In this document: positions 47,401 to 57,859 of the stretch, piece by piece | Layout: every line of letters begins with the position of its first letter | How positions within the stretch are numbered: position 1 is the stretch's first letter | Source: Amphiscolops sp. MND2022 | Taxonomy: Eukaryota | DNA: 64,000 nt | Direction of reading: 5' to 3' | NCBI GenBank assembly: GCA_964187785.1 | Contig: OZ076413.1 | Span: forward strand, 29,264,001-29,328,000 | Position numbers and translations under genes: made by a program | The notes under the pieces: generated by a model | Told to the model about the DNA's origin: nothing | Seen by the model: the letters and a program-made list of their open reading frames with translations, nothing else | The model's database searches: none

Positions 47401-50068
47401 ACAACCGTCGGTGGAAACCCGTGTATCTACACGAGGAAAGAAAATCCACGCCCAATCAACCACGAGAGGAGCGAAGACTGGCTGAAAAAAAAGAACAGCC
47501 CAGAAACAACAAGGGCCAATTCACATCACCAAACAAAAGCTCGGGAGAGAAGGAAACGGACCTAAATTTGAGCATTGTGTCAGACGAAGAATTTGACTGC
47601 TACAACAAATCCGACGGAAAACCGGTCCATACCAACATTGATGATGAACTCCAGCTGCTCCCAAAAGACAACAAACTAACACCCGGCCAAGGTATCTATA
47701 AAGAAAAAAATAAAATAACTGAACCGCAACCATCGGTTAGAAGATCAAGTAGATTACCATTTGCAAAACAAACCGAAAAACTATGCGGAATACCATATCA
47801 AACCAGTAACAATAAAAAGAAACAAATTGTATTACAGGAAAAGACGACAACAACAACAAAGGACAATGAAGAAGAAAACCACCGCTCAGTCCGGAAAGAA
47901 ACCAAGGAGATCCGTACTTTACGGTACTACAACAACTACAAGCAACCCACAACCGATCAAATCCGGAGAGGGGGTAATGTGACATATGTAGACATGACCT
48001 CTAAACTTTCAACCGTTAATACGGATATCAGACAGAGAGACATTTGGTGCTATTGACCAACAAAACTCTAAATGCTGTCTATTTATGTTACACATGTACG
48101 AAACCATTTAGTATACGATTTGATACAGTGATCAGATGCTTTGATACAATAGTTAACTCTTAGAATAGAAAACACCGTTTTATCTAGTTTCCTGAGATTA
48201 CAACAGGCTCTTTCCAAAGAAAACCAAAAGCAACTAAGATTTCGAAAAATGCAATAAAGGTCAGCAAAAGTTTGTAGGACTACGATGTGATCGAAATTTG
48301 TTGAGAAAAAACACATGAGCGCAACTACAACAGCGAAACTGCTCGACCGACGTTGACTTGACACGATCGGCGTGACTCATATTACTCCCTTGATATCTCG
48401 TCCAAAAGTTGCAAAAAATACCAAAAATATAATTTTACAGATTTTTCAACGAAAACCAAAAATGTTTTCTCTTTTCGCAAATACCGCCTCAATAATTGTA
48501 CCTTGCTTCAGAATGCGAAGCGTACTTTAGTTGTATCTCCTGGTTCTGCATTCTTTGAGCTTGGCCCTACTAGAAAACTTAAAATTCATTTACGAAATTA
48601 CTCATCTGGCTAAAACTATCAGATGACACGGAACCATATTTTTGTCTGAAAGTAGTGTATTGCTTGAACACTATGTGCGATATATGTAACAATTAAGGTC
48701 TCAAGAGAAATCAAAAGAAGCAACTTGGTCGAAAAACAGCATTGAAAGAATTTTCAGAGAACCGCTGAAATTTGGTGCCAAAAACTTTGTGTTGGTGGAA
48801 ATTTTCCATGAATCTACTACTCCAGAAGAAAAAATAGATATGCTCAATGAACATTCAGCTGGTCGAAAATATTAGCCGGGAAACTCATCGGAAAGCAACT
48901 CGCCGAAAACTCTCCGGCGGAAAACTCGTCGCAAGAACAGAAAACAATCTCAGACAAATATAGCGTTAACTCTGTGATCTTACTGTGTTATTAAGTTCCA
49001 ACTTATTATGAAGTATTAATTACGCTATTAACTTTAAAATGAAATATTCCAAGCAATTATATATCTAGAAAAGCTATATTATGCCTGACACTAAAAATTT
49101 CACGCGTCAATTAAAGAAAATTAATCCATAATTAGCACAATTAGCACCGGCTAATCCCTGTTTGTGATCTGCAGTTATTCGACGAGTTAATTTTCGACCA
49201 GTTTTCCGCTCTTTAATTCCGACGAGTTGTTTTCGATGAGTTGCATTCGGCGAGTTGTTTTCGACGAGTTTTCCACATATCGAGCATCATAGGCGGTTCA
49301 ATCCGAAATATGCCGTTAGAACACCCCAAATGTCGATTATAGCAGTGAAACATCATTTTCCAGGCATTTTAAACCAAAAAACCTAATAGACCGAAGTTTT
49401 TATTCCAGCTAAAAGGCGGCCCAAACTTATTTTCAACAATTTTCACCAATGGCAGGAAATTAGGTCAATCATTTGACGTCTTGCCATTTTTCTACTTGGT
49501 ATGTCAAGGTAGTACCTGGAATCGGCAGAACATAATCTTGTTCACAATTGACATCTTTTAGCAGTGTGTTTGTCAAAAAAAGAATCAAAATGTCATGTAG
49601 GAGTGCGCAAAGTATTGAAAAGAAACGGCAAATAACCTCCAACTTACAACACATTTTTAGGAAAAGTTAGAATTAAGAAAAAAGACCCAAATCTGAATAT
49701 ATCCCTCCGCTATATATTTTCATGCAGGAACCAACGAAGAAAACTTAATTCCATGAAATTCTAGCATGGAACCACATCATGGTTTCATGCTTACAATCTA
49801 ATGGAGACGACATGAAATCATTATGTAGAACCACGTGATTCCATAGATGCAACCGCATGTAACTCCATGATGAGATGGACCTATTGAATAGCTTGGATAT
49901 TAAAATGAGTCGGTGGCTTAAAACATTTTCTGTTACAGAGAACTTTTCAACTGTGCACAACTATCTATCTTCTACCTGATGGAAGGAGATTGCTACAAAC
50001 GATTTCAGTGTCGAGCTGAAGCCAAACAGAAATCCCAAGCCTTGTTCCGAACAAATTCAAGTAGCTGA
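38453..50068 (+). CDS. RGS: Regulator of G-protein signalling (RGS domain) protein, 317 aa, 4 coding exons
   Basis: Exons: 38453-38704, 40811-41156, 41945-42170, 49939-50068 (954 nt), phases 0,1,2, all GT-AG. There is an in-frame stop upstream of the ATG. RGS motifs are FLVSEFSDENLDFW, QVNLD (catalytic Asn position) and FNCAQLSIFYLMEGDCYKRF. The N-terminal ~200 aa are Ser/Lys-rich. The symbol names the family only; the orthologue is not assigned. Confidence 0.92.
39135..39335. mobile_element. Truncated left end of the 3268-type CCCAG element
   Basis: CCCAGTGATTGAAGACATGGTAC resembles the TIR of 3268-3698 and is followed by CAAGAT arrays. Confidence 0.55.
39522..40495. mobile_element. CCCGGG-ended non-autonomous TIR element, AA TSD, in RGS intron 1
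   Basis: TIR CCCGGGTCGACCCTC / GAGGGTCAACCCGGG, AA on both sides, CAAGAT arrays inside both ends. Confidence 0.72.
41253..41732. mobile_element. Small TIR element with AAATTTCGTC arrays in RGS intron 2
   Basis: CAGAAATTTTGTCG / CGACAAAATTTCTG inverted ends. Confidence 0.45.
42227..42454 (+). repeat. 5' LTR of the Gypsy element
   Basis: Direct repeat of 47978-48205 with 3 substitutions by eye; followed by the PBS. Confidence 0.95.
42520..47560 (+). pseudogene. Gypsy gag-pol polyprotein, frameshifted and with stops
   Basis: ATG at 42520, then ORF-track fragments 43082-43900 (Zn knuckles, protease), 43961-44407 (RT), 44615-45254 (RNase H), 46334-46998 (integrase) in changing frames. Confidence 0.9.
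47978..48205 (+). repeat. 3' LTR of the Gypsy element
   Basis: Preceded by the PPT and followed by the TSD GGCTC. Confidence 0.95.
48855..49280. mobile_element. Small TIR element with AACTCGTCG / CGACGAGTT arrays in RGS intron 3
   Basis: Inverted arrays at 48855-48935 and 49175-49280, including CTGGTCGAAAAT / ATTTTCGACCAG. Confidence 0.45.
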
Positions 50069-50288
50069 AATGCGAAGAATTAGAAGATCTTCGATGTCAT
50101 TTTGATGTTCGCTGGATTCACATGAAACAAATCAAGAAGAACAGTAATGTTTAAATAACTTTTGTTTAGTTTTTTTTTGCTAAGTATGTTGTTGGATGTT
50201 AGCTTAGTACAATAGATCTTAGACAAAAGTCGTCTTCACTTTTGAAATTGGTATAAGGTCTGCATACAATGCATTGTATAAGGTAGCA

Positions 50289-50446
50289 ATTCGATTCCTT
50301 TCAGAGAAACCAACGAAGTGAAGTTATAGAAATCATTATTGAAATCTGTCAAAAAAGAAAAGCCACTAGTGGCTTTTCTTTTTTGACAGATTTCAATAAT
50401 GATTTCTATAACTTCACTTCGTTGGTTTCTCTGAAAGGAATCGAAT
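50289..50446. repeat. Perfect 158-bp palindrome with no spacer
   Basis: 79-bp arms are exact reverse complements around CCACT|AGTGG (centre 50367/50368). Confidence 0.95.
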
Positions 50447-50468
50447 AGTTTGCGTCTATTATCGAATA

Positions 50469-51105
50469 GTACGATTCATAGGTATTAGGCCATATAGATG
50501 CAGAATTCAGTTCGGAATTGGACGAGGCATTGATCTAGATACAAACTAGAATAATTCTACATTTTCTCTAAAAGTGATCTGAAAAGAAGCGTTTTGTAAC
50601 AAGATTTCTCGAAAAAAAAGACATGAAATCAGCAAAACTACAGTGCGATTCATAGGTATTAGACCATATAGACGCAGAATTTAGTTCGGAATCGGACCAG
50701 GCATTGATCTAGATACAAACTAGAATGATTCTACATTTTCTCTAAAATTGATCTGAAAAGCGTTTTGTAACAAGATTTCTCGAAAAAAGACATGAAATCA
50801 GCAAAACTACAGTACGATTCATAGTTATTAGACCATATAGATGCAGAATTTAGTTCGGAATCGGACGAGGCATTAATCTAGATACAAACTAGAACAATTT
50901 TACATTTTTTCTGAAATTTATCGGAAAACAAGCGTTTTGTAACAAGGTTTCTCGAAAAAAAAGACATGAAATCAGCAAAACTACAGTACGATTCATAGGT
51001 AATAGACCATATAAGTGCAGAATCTAGATCGAAATCGGGCGAAGCATTGATCTAGATACAAACTAGAATAACTCTATATTTTCTCAAAAATTGATCTGAA
51101 AAGAC
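50469..51105. repeat. Tandem repeat, ~174-bp unit, ~3.7 copies
   Basis: Units starting GT(A/G)CGATTCATAG at 50469, 50643, 50812 and 50986. Confidence 0.9.
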
Positions 51106-51569
51106 GCGTTTTTCCGCAACTCTATCAAAAACCATCCCCAAAACCATCAAAAACCCACCTAGTGCTAACGAAACTCCTACCTATCTCAGCGGCTTCAGGA
51201 AACGCGGTGCCGAAAAGCGTCCTTAATGCTACCCGGGCCATTAAGGTAACCCTCAGATTCTGAGGCTTAGAAAAAGAGACAGAGACAAAAACTGACACGG
51301 TAAGAGAAAATTTTCGACTTCGAACGAAATTTTCAACATGGCTCATCATGGATGAATCATGGGTCAAAATCATGGATGATGATCCATGGGGCCATGTCCT
51401 GCCATGGGCCATCCATGATTTTCCATGAAAGTCGAAGTAATATGCCGAAAAATCCATGATCATGGATGATTTTCCATGAACGAGCCATGACAGACAACCT
51501 GGGCTACTATAGTTTGCGTCTTTTACGAAAGCGCTAGCTAATATACTTTCCATTGTTGTTCACCTAACT

Positions 51570-52135
51570 TGACTATGGCTGTTTTTCAAAACCTAAAAGG
51601 GGCCTTTTTTCTTCAAAATAGATACGAAAAAGAGGAGAACGTCGTCTCAAATCGGCACCCTCTTAACACTCAAAAAGCGCAAAGTCTCAAAAATTGGCGC
51701 AGAGTGGCTATCTGCAAATTGTCATAGATTTCAGAGATCCAAAAAAACATGAGGGGGCACAATGTGCCCCAATTTTTTGAAAACATCAAATAAAAGCCAT
51801 TTGGTGGTTTAAAAAGTCACAAATTGCACAAAACCTTTTAAAAAAAGAGGACCCTTCAGGCTCGAAAAACGTCTTTTCTCAAGTTAAAACAGGAAACTCA
51901 AACACATTGGAGAAATATTATTTTTTCAAACCCTTTGTTTTTTCTGTTTCGCACATTGCCGAAACATTTAAAGAGGGATCTTATGGCACCTTGTTACTAT
52001 ACTTTAATTCATCAACTACAAGATTGCAAAAAGTAGATCTTTCAAAGTGAGAATTGTCGTATTACAGAAAAAGAGAAAAAAAAACTTGCCAATGTAGTAA
52101 GAGTCGGGCATTTTTTCTTACAAAAAGCCCCGACT
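51570..52135. mobile_element. Family H copy 6 (partial)
   Basis: Hairpin AGTCGGGC...GCCCCGACT at 52102-52135 with degenerate core upstream; left boundary approximate. Confidence 0.45.
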
Positions 52136-52986
52136 TGAAACAGAGCGCCAAAATTCTCGAAGTCCCAAAGTTACCCTTTTGGCCCAAATAACGCATCTAT
52201 CTGTAAGAATCTTTTTTATCTGGAAACATCAAATACCAAAAAAATCAATTTTTGGCTATTTGAAATCATTTCCCAAGAACGTACATTTCCCAGAAACTAG
52301 CTAATAGGTTCGCAAAACGCTATTAAATTTGAAAAAGAATTCCACTACATTACCGACACCATCACGTTGTATTCAAACTTTGTTTTCTCAACTACTCATC
52401 TGATTTAAACACCGCTTCTCAAATAGGACACTGAAGATGACGCTAGTTTGTTGTTTACATTGCGAATGAGGGTAATTTGCATTAAAATGGCGGCAAAATC
52501 TCAGCTGCTTTTAAAACTAGAAGTGATGCATATTGAAACTTGCATAACTTCAAGGCTTAAAAGTGCCGCCAAAACTTTCATTATTCTTTCAAGCAGCTTG
52601 ATAAAAGTTGAATACAACTGGGAAATATTTTCGCATGGAAGTTTCCGTAAGAGTTTTAGAAAATCATAATGAAAGTTGCTGGCAACATTAAAGTACATGC
52701 AACAAGTTCAAGCAGTTTGAACAAGGGTAACTAAAAAGGTCTCGTGTATTTTTTGTGAACAGTAATTTAATTCAGCGCGAGAACTGAAACAGGCACTCCT
52801 GCTTCCAGGTCACGTACGCTAACCTCAAGATGTAGTTTCAGTCAAAATTTGTTGAATTTAAACTTTTTTATTCAAAACTACGCAGATTCACTTTATTAGG
52901 AATATAAAAATTAACACTTTCGCTGCATTCCAAAGTGCAGGACATTTTTTGTAACAAGTTGAAAAATTTGCCAAGTTACAAGAAAG

Positions 52987-53250
52987 AACAAGACGTGAAC
53001 GTCTAAAGTCGGCGCTATATCTAAGGCTCAAAAGAGCAAAGTTTTAAAATTGTTAAATCGGGGACCCATCAGTCTTTTTCAAGCCCATTTCAGGCCCATT
53101 GGAGACATCAGGAACTTTTCGAAAAAAAAACAAACAATGAGAATTTTGACAAACTCATAGTGCCGAAAAAAGTAAAAGGGGAACCCTCGAGCTTTTTAAA
53201 CATCCATTCAGTTGCAAAATACCAAAAAAATGAGAGGGGAGTCAATAAAA
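52987..53250. mobile_element. Family H copy 7 (partial)
   Basis: AACAAGACGTGAACGTCTAAAGTCGGCGCTATATCTAAGGCTC at 52987; right boundary approximate. Confidence 0.55.
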
Positions 53251-53399
53251 AATTTTCGAGAAAAAGTCTAACTGTGATAATCCTCTTCTGCGGTGAATTA
53301 GAAGTACTAGCCAACATAAAGGGATTGATTAACGAAAACTCCCAACTCGGTGTATCTTGTTATTTGTTTTTAGACCTCATAGATGTTTTGAGAATATTA

Positions 53400-54350
53400 A
53401 CCACGATTTAGCTACAACTCAAGGTGGAAACTACTCAAAAAGAGGTATTTGCTTGGAAGGCTTCTGCCTAAAAGATCGTACACAGTGTGTTGTAGTAAAA
53501 ATTCATATTTCAAAGACTACTGGGATCATTCGCGGCGGGATTTATTGTGCGCCCTTCTTATGCACATTATTATCACAATGAGTTACGCAGCACATTTTAC
53601 AAAACTGTGCCTTTCGTCTTTGCCAAAGGTATAGGAAGTGTTTAAGTTTATTATAAAGGTAGTATTTTGACACTCCGAGAAAGAAGTGAGCGTATAAAAA
53701 CTGACGCTTTTTGTTAGAAAAACCTATTTCGTGCAGTTTTTGAACTGTCGAGAGGAAAGTGTTGAAGTGACTGATGCTGGTATATATCCGAATAAACGTG
53801 TTGAAAATCTTGTGGCTCTACTGGTTGTAAATTTAACGTTTGGAAGTCGTGTTCAGGGAGTACTTGAAGAACCTCCGAAATTGTATCACTGAAAACTTGG
53901 TAGATCAATGATGTTCAGGCATTATTACACATACAAGAAACTTTTCATTCAGGTCTGTTTTTTTCACCTTACGACACAAAATGGATAAAAGAGCTTTTTA
54001 GTAGTGCGCAAAAGGTACCTCGAAAGATTTTCTTCAAAAAACGAAGCTCTCCACCCAAAGAGTTGTCATCCGAACGAAGCGGCATAGTGAACGTCTATGA
54101 CATTTATGTTCTTGAGCTCTTGAAGTATGCCATTGAAGCGACCGGATGCAGTTTCCACAAACATGTGGGAAGTTCATTCACACCTAAAACTTCTTCGACG
54201 TCAACACGTTGTCGTTTTTCTCACTTGCTTCGTATACCGCATCTACGCCGGGAAATAAGTGCCAACTGTTTGATTCAATATAGAATATTATGTCTGAACC
54301 ACTTTTTTTCAGGAAAAACGTTCGGTACTCAGTTTTCAGAGGTGCAAAGA
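53400..54350 (+). mobile_element. Heavily decayed CR1/L2-type LINE 3' RT fragment
   Basis: KIFFKKR...GIVNVYDIYVLELLKY aligns by eye with the RT C-terminus at 12911 (AIFF...GVLTVFELFLVELIKE); a degenerate GVPQG-like segment lies near 53520. Confidence 0.65.
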
Positions 54351-54499
54351 AAAAGAGCTTCTTGAAAGTCCCGGAAAATCTGGAAGAGAATCAAAAGCCA
54401 AAGCCTAGCTGGTATTGGTTTTGTTTGAGGAGGTTCCCGTCTTGGTTTTCTGCTTTTGAAGGGCCCTGTTGTGCTAAAAGTATCTAAAGTACCTTCCCA

Positions 54500-57400
54500 C
54501 GAACATTTTTCAATGTAACGTCAACAGAATAACATGGAAAAAGATTTTATTCTTTGTTTGTTGCGTGTTCCCGCCTCGTTGGCGGTGACAAACCAGACCG
54601 TTGTGACAGTGACATAACCAGCTGTGTAATTGCTGATTGAGAGTATGCCACAGAGAAGTACTGAAAAGGCTGGTGTTCCATTCGGTGAAACATACTTTTT
54701 ATGACAATCCAAAGATGTTCAATTGCGTCCAGAACAGTCGTAAAACTGGGCCATGACAATACTTTGCCCTCGTTTATTTCTTCAAAACTGGAGGAACACG
54801 ATCTACAGTAACAACCTCTAATGGAAAAAAATATGAACGTTTGACATACTCAACTTCGAGGAGGGAAATACGATTAAAACTTCAGATCTTGTTCCCCTTA
54901 GTTCTTATTTTATGGAGATTACCTTATAGTGGGTACAAATTCGGAGATTTTTGACGTTTGAGCTGAAACATATGAAATTGTGAATGTTGAGGTCGTATTT
55001 CCCACTGATGGTCTTGTGTAGGAAAGCTAAATCTTGAAGTACAAGGTGACCCATTACAAAAAATTTCTTTTGAGAAATTCTAGTTGTTTCTTTTGACTGA
55101 TTGAGGGTACCAGGTTTGGGAACCATAGAGATGTATACTGTGGACACAGAGGCGATAATATAAAAGTGATGTGGTGGGAGAGACATTTTGAGGGATGGTG
55201 ATTTTCAGGTACTGAAAAGGTTTGCGAGCTTCTACTAACTTTGCCTGAAAGTGGGATTCCCATGAGATTGAGCGTTGATTATAAATACTCAAGTCTTTGA
55301 TAGATATTTCCTTTCCTTCCAACATGACAGTAGCACTTGATTTATTTCGTCCATCAAAGTACACTTTTGCATTCATCAATATTGATACACAAGCAATTTT
55401 CGATGACGCAATCCTGAAAGTTGACACTGTCATTTTGTAGGTCAGGGATGAATTGAGATAGTAGTTTGCTATCAACAGCAAACAGCGAGCATGACGATTT
55501 TGTGATTTTGCCGGGTCGTTGAGAAAATTGATTAAAAAAAAGAGGGGACCAACAACGCTTCCCTGTGGCACTCCGCTGGGTACTTTCGACAAAAGTGATA
55601 GAACGCCGTTGATTGAGACTTGCTGGAACTTTGAGGAGAGATATCACTGGAATAGTTCGAGGAAATCACTATGGAATCCAAAATCATCTAGTTTGTGAAA
55701 GAGGAGTTGATGAGGGATAAAATCAAGATCGAAAGCTTTCCGAAAATCAAGATATACAGCTTAGCTTGGATTGTTTGAGTCCTTTCGACTACAGAGATCA
55801 TCTAAAAACGGCAGAAGCTAGATTACTGTTGATCGTTTTCTCAGGAAGCCGTTTTGTTCGGTGCAACCTTTTTTCCTCACATGGGAATGTATTTAGCGCG
55901 AGAGTAGTATCTTCTCGAGTATAAATGACAGCTGAGGCAAAACACTGATAGGTCGAATATTCTCAAGACTTTCGTCTGATTTGTAAATTGGTGTTATGGT
56001 TGAATTGTTCAAGAGACTTGGTTACTCTTTGGATTTGATGATCATTTCAAATAGTTGAGTGACCAATGGTGCTAATTTTACTGAGCAGCAATTGAAGGGA
56101 AAAGTTGGGATTGCATAGGAGCTTCTGCAGCCAGTTAGGCCTTTAACAACAGTTCGGAAACTTCATTTATGCTAATTTAGGTGCGCAAAAAAATTCAGGT
56201 TTTGCGGATTGGGTATTGATGTGAGCAGATCCGTTTGATAGAAAGAGCAAAAAAGAAAGAGTTTAAGAGACTTGCTATTGCTTTGCTCGAGTTCGCTGAT
56301 AAGTTTTGCCAATGCATTTGGTGTGGTAAGTGATTTGACGAGAAGGAGGGTAGACATTTGAAACAGGTACGCGTTGAATGCGGAGAAAAGCTGTCGATTA
56401 GAAATGTCGTGTCTAACTTAATAGACTGGTTGGCATCACGGAGATTTGAGAGGTGTTTAAGGTTCTGGTTGTTTTTGGGAGCAAGACGTGATTTGTTCGG
56501 CAAGTGGATTGTACAAGAAGAGTAGTAATAGCAGAACTGCATCCAGGGAGACGTTTTCATGGAGCAGAATTGAACGCAGGCATCGAAAATTATTCTGTGC
56601 AATAGCTCAAAACATTCTTCCAAGGATATTTACAACATGCTCGAACTGGAACAAGCCAAGAGTGTGTTAAAGATTGGAAATCACTTGAGTACTAGGTTCA
56701 ATCAAGGGTGGTGAACAGAGCGAATAGAACATAATAAACTGAGTATAATTTCCCATCCACGAACACCGAAAAAACGTTTCGGCGGGGTAGACAGAAAAAC
56801 ATCCGGAGTGTTTCTCGATATTTTCGTAGATAGACTCCGTAGCTAGGAAGGCATTGGATTAGTCAGATTTGGCGGTCATAGTTGCCCAACATTCGTCCTA
56901 AAGATTCAGATCACCTAATACAGTGAACGAATTAGTGAGTTGGTCTTAGAAATGGTCATGACAGGTAGTATTGCACGCGCTGAGTTCACCTGCTTGGATT
57001 CTGTAGGGAGATTTGGACAGAGGGCTGTACATCAACAAGAACATGAAGGAGCTTTCTCTGGCTAAAAAAGAGATGGCAACAGAACAGTCGTTGCGATTTT
57101 TATCTTGAGAGTACTTCAAATTCAAAGCAAATAATCTGCTCAGAGCAGTGAGAAAATCACCGTGTTCTCCAATGTCACGATCTTGTCGTGCAATGAGGCG
57201 ATCGTTGTTTCTCAAAGGAAATACTTCTGAATCAGAATTGCGTCTGTACAACCACGTCCCTATTGAAAAAAAAACCATCGGGTGAATGCAGACTCACAAC
57301 GTTGGAATTTTCGGCGATGTTGTACACTTACCAGTTTTCGCACGTTAACAAGGCTTGCTGTGAATTGATGTCATTTCTGGAATTCAACCTCATCACCATT

Positions 57401-57850
57401 TGACGAACGTTTTAGCCCTCTGATACGAACTTCCTCCAGGGGGACACCTTCACTGATCAGCTGATAGCGTTTTTCAAGAAGTTTGCGTTTAGTGGGTCAT
57501 CCTTGCTGAGTGATTTGGAAATGAAGGTTTTGGATGGTAGTGTTTTAGTTTGTGAGCTCTTGATAAGCATTTTCTCACGTCCCGTCCCTTTCTGATGAAA
57601 AGCAAACAAGAAGGGGCCTTGGTCGGGTTGATTTTTTCTTGTACTGCCCATGTTTTTGTGTGTTTTCGAAATTGAAGTTGGAATTATCAATTTCAGGACA
57701 TCTTGTAACTTATCGTTATGTGCCACAAAAAGAATGTGCGCGTAATCTTTTTCCTCCATAAGACCAGTTATTACAACTTCTCTAGATATTGCACCCTCAA
57801 TTTGGTTACCTTTTACGCATTCTAAAGGGGTCTTTGGTGTGACTTTCATT
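54500..57850 (-). mobile_element. Decayed CR1/Jockey-group LINE (ORF1 remnant, endonuclease, RT)
   Basis: ORF1-like 57457-57849 (EVVITGL), endonuclease-like 56946-57278 (RQDR...HG), RT SGVPQGSVVGPLFF at 55592; many stops and frameshifts. Confidence 0.82.
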
Positions 57851-57859
57851 TGGTCAGGG

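Larger units (their letters stand above)
42227..48205 (+). mobile_element. Full-length Ty3/Gypsy LTR retrotransposon in RGS intron 3 (gag-pol decayed)
   Basis: 228-bp TG...CA LTRs at 42227-42454 and 47978-48205, 5-bp TSD GGCTC on both sides, PBS TGGCGCAGT at 42455 and PPT GGAGAGGGGG at 47965-47974. Domains run gag with Zn knuckles, protease IDTGS, RT IDLDYAYGQ, RNase H TDAC, integrase IQIDFTG. Confidence 0.97.

Noticed and set aside
43034-47985. Numerous minus-strand ORFs over the Gypsy element
   Set aside because: Antisense shadows caused by the strong A/C bias of the coding strand.
52448-52698. Possible exon or promoter (ATTTGCAT next to AAAATGGCGG; 65-73 aa ORFs)
   Set aside because: No recognisable domain or compatible neighbouring exons; it sits between repeat copies.
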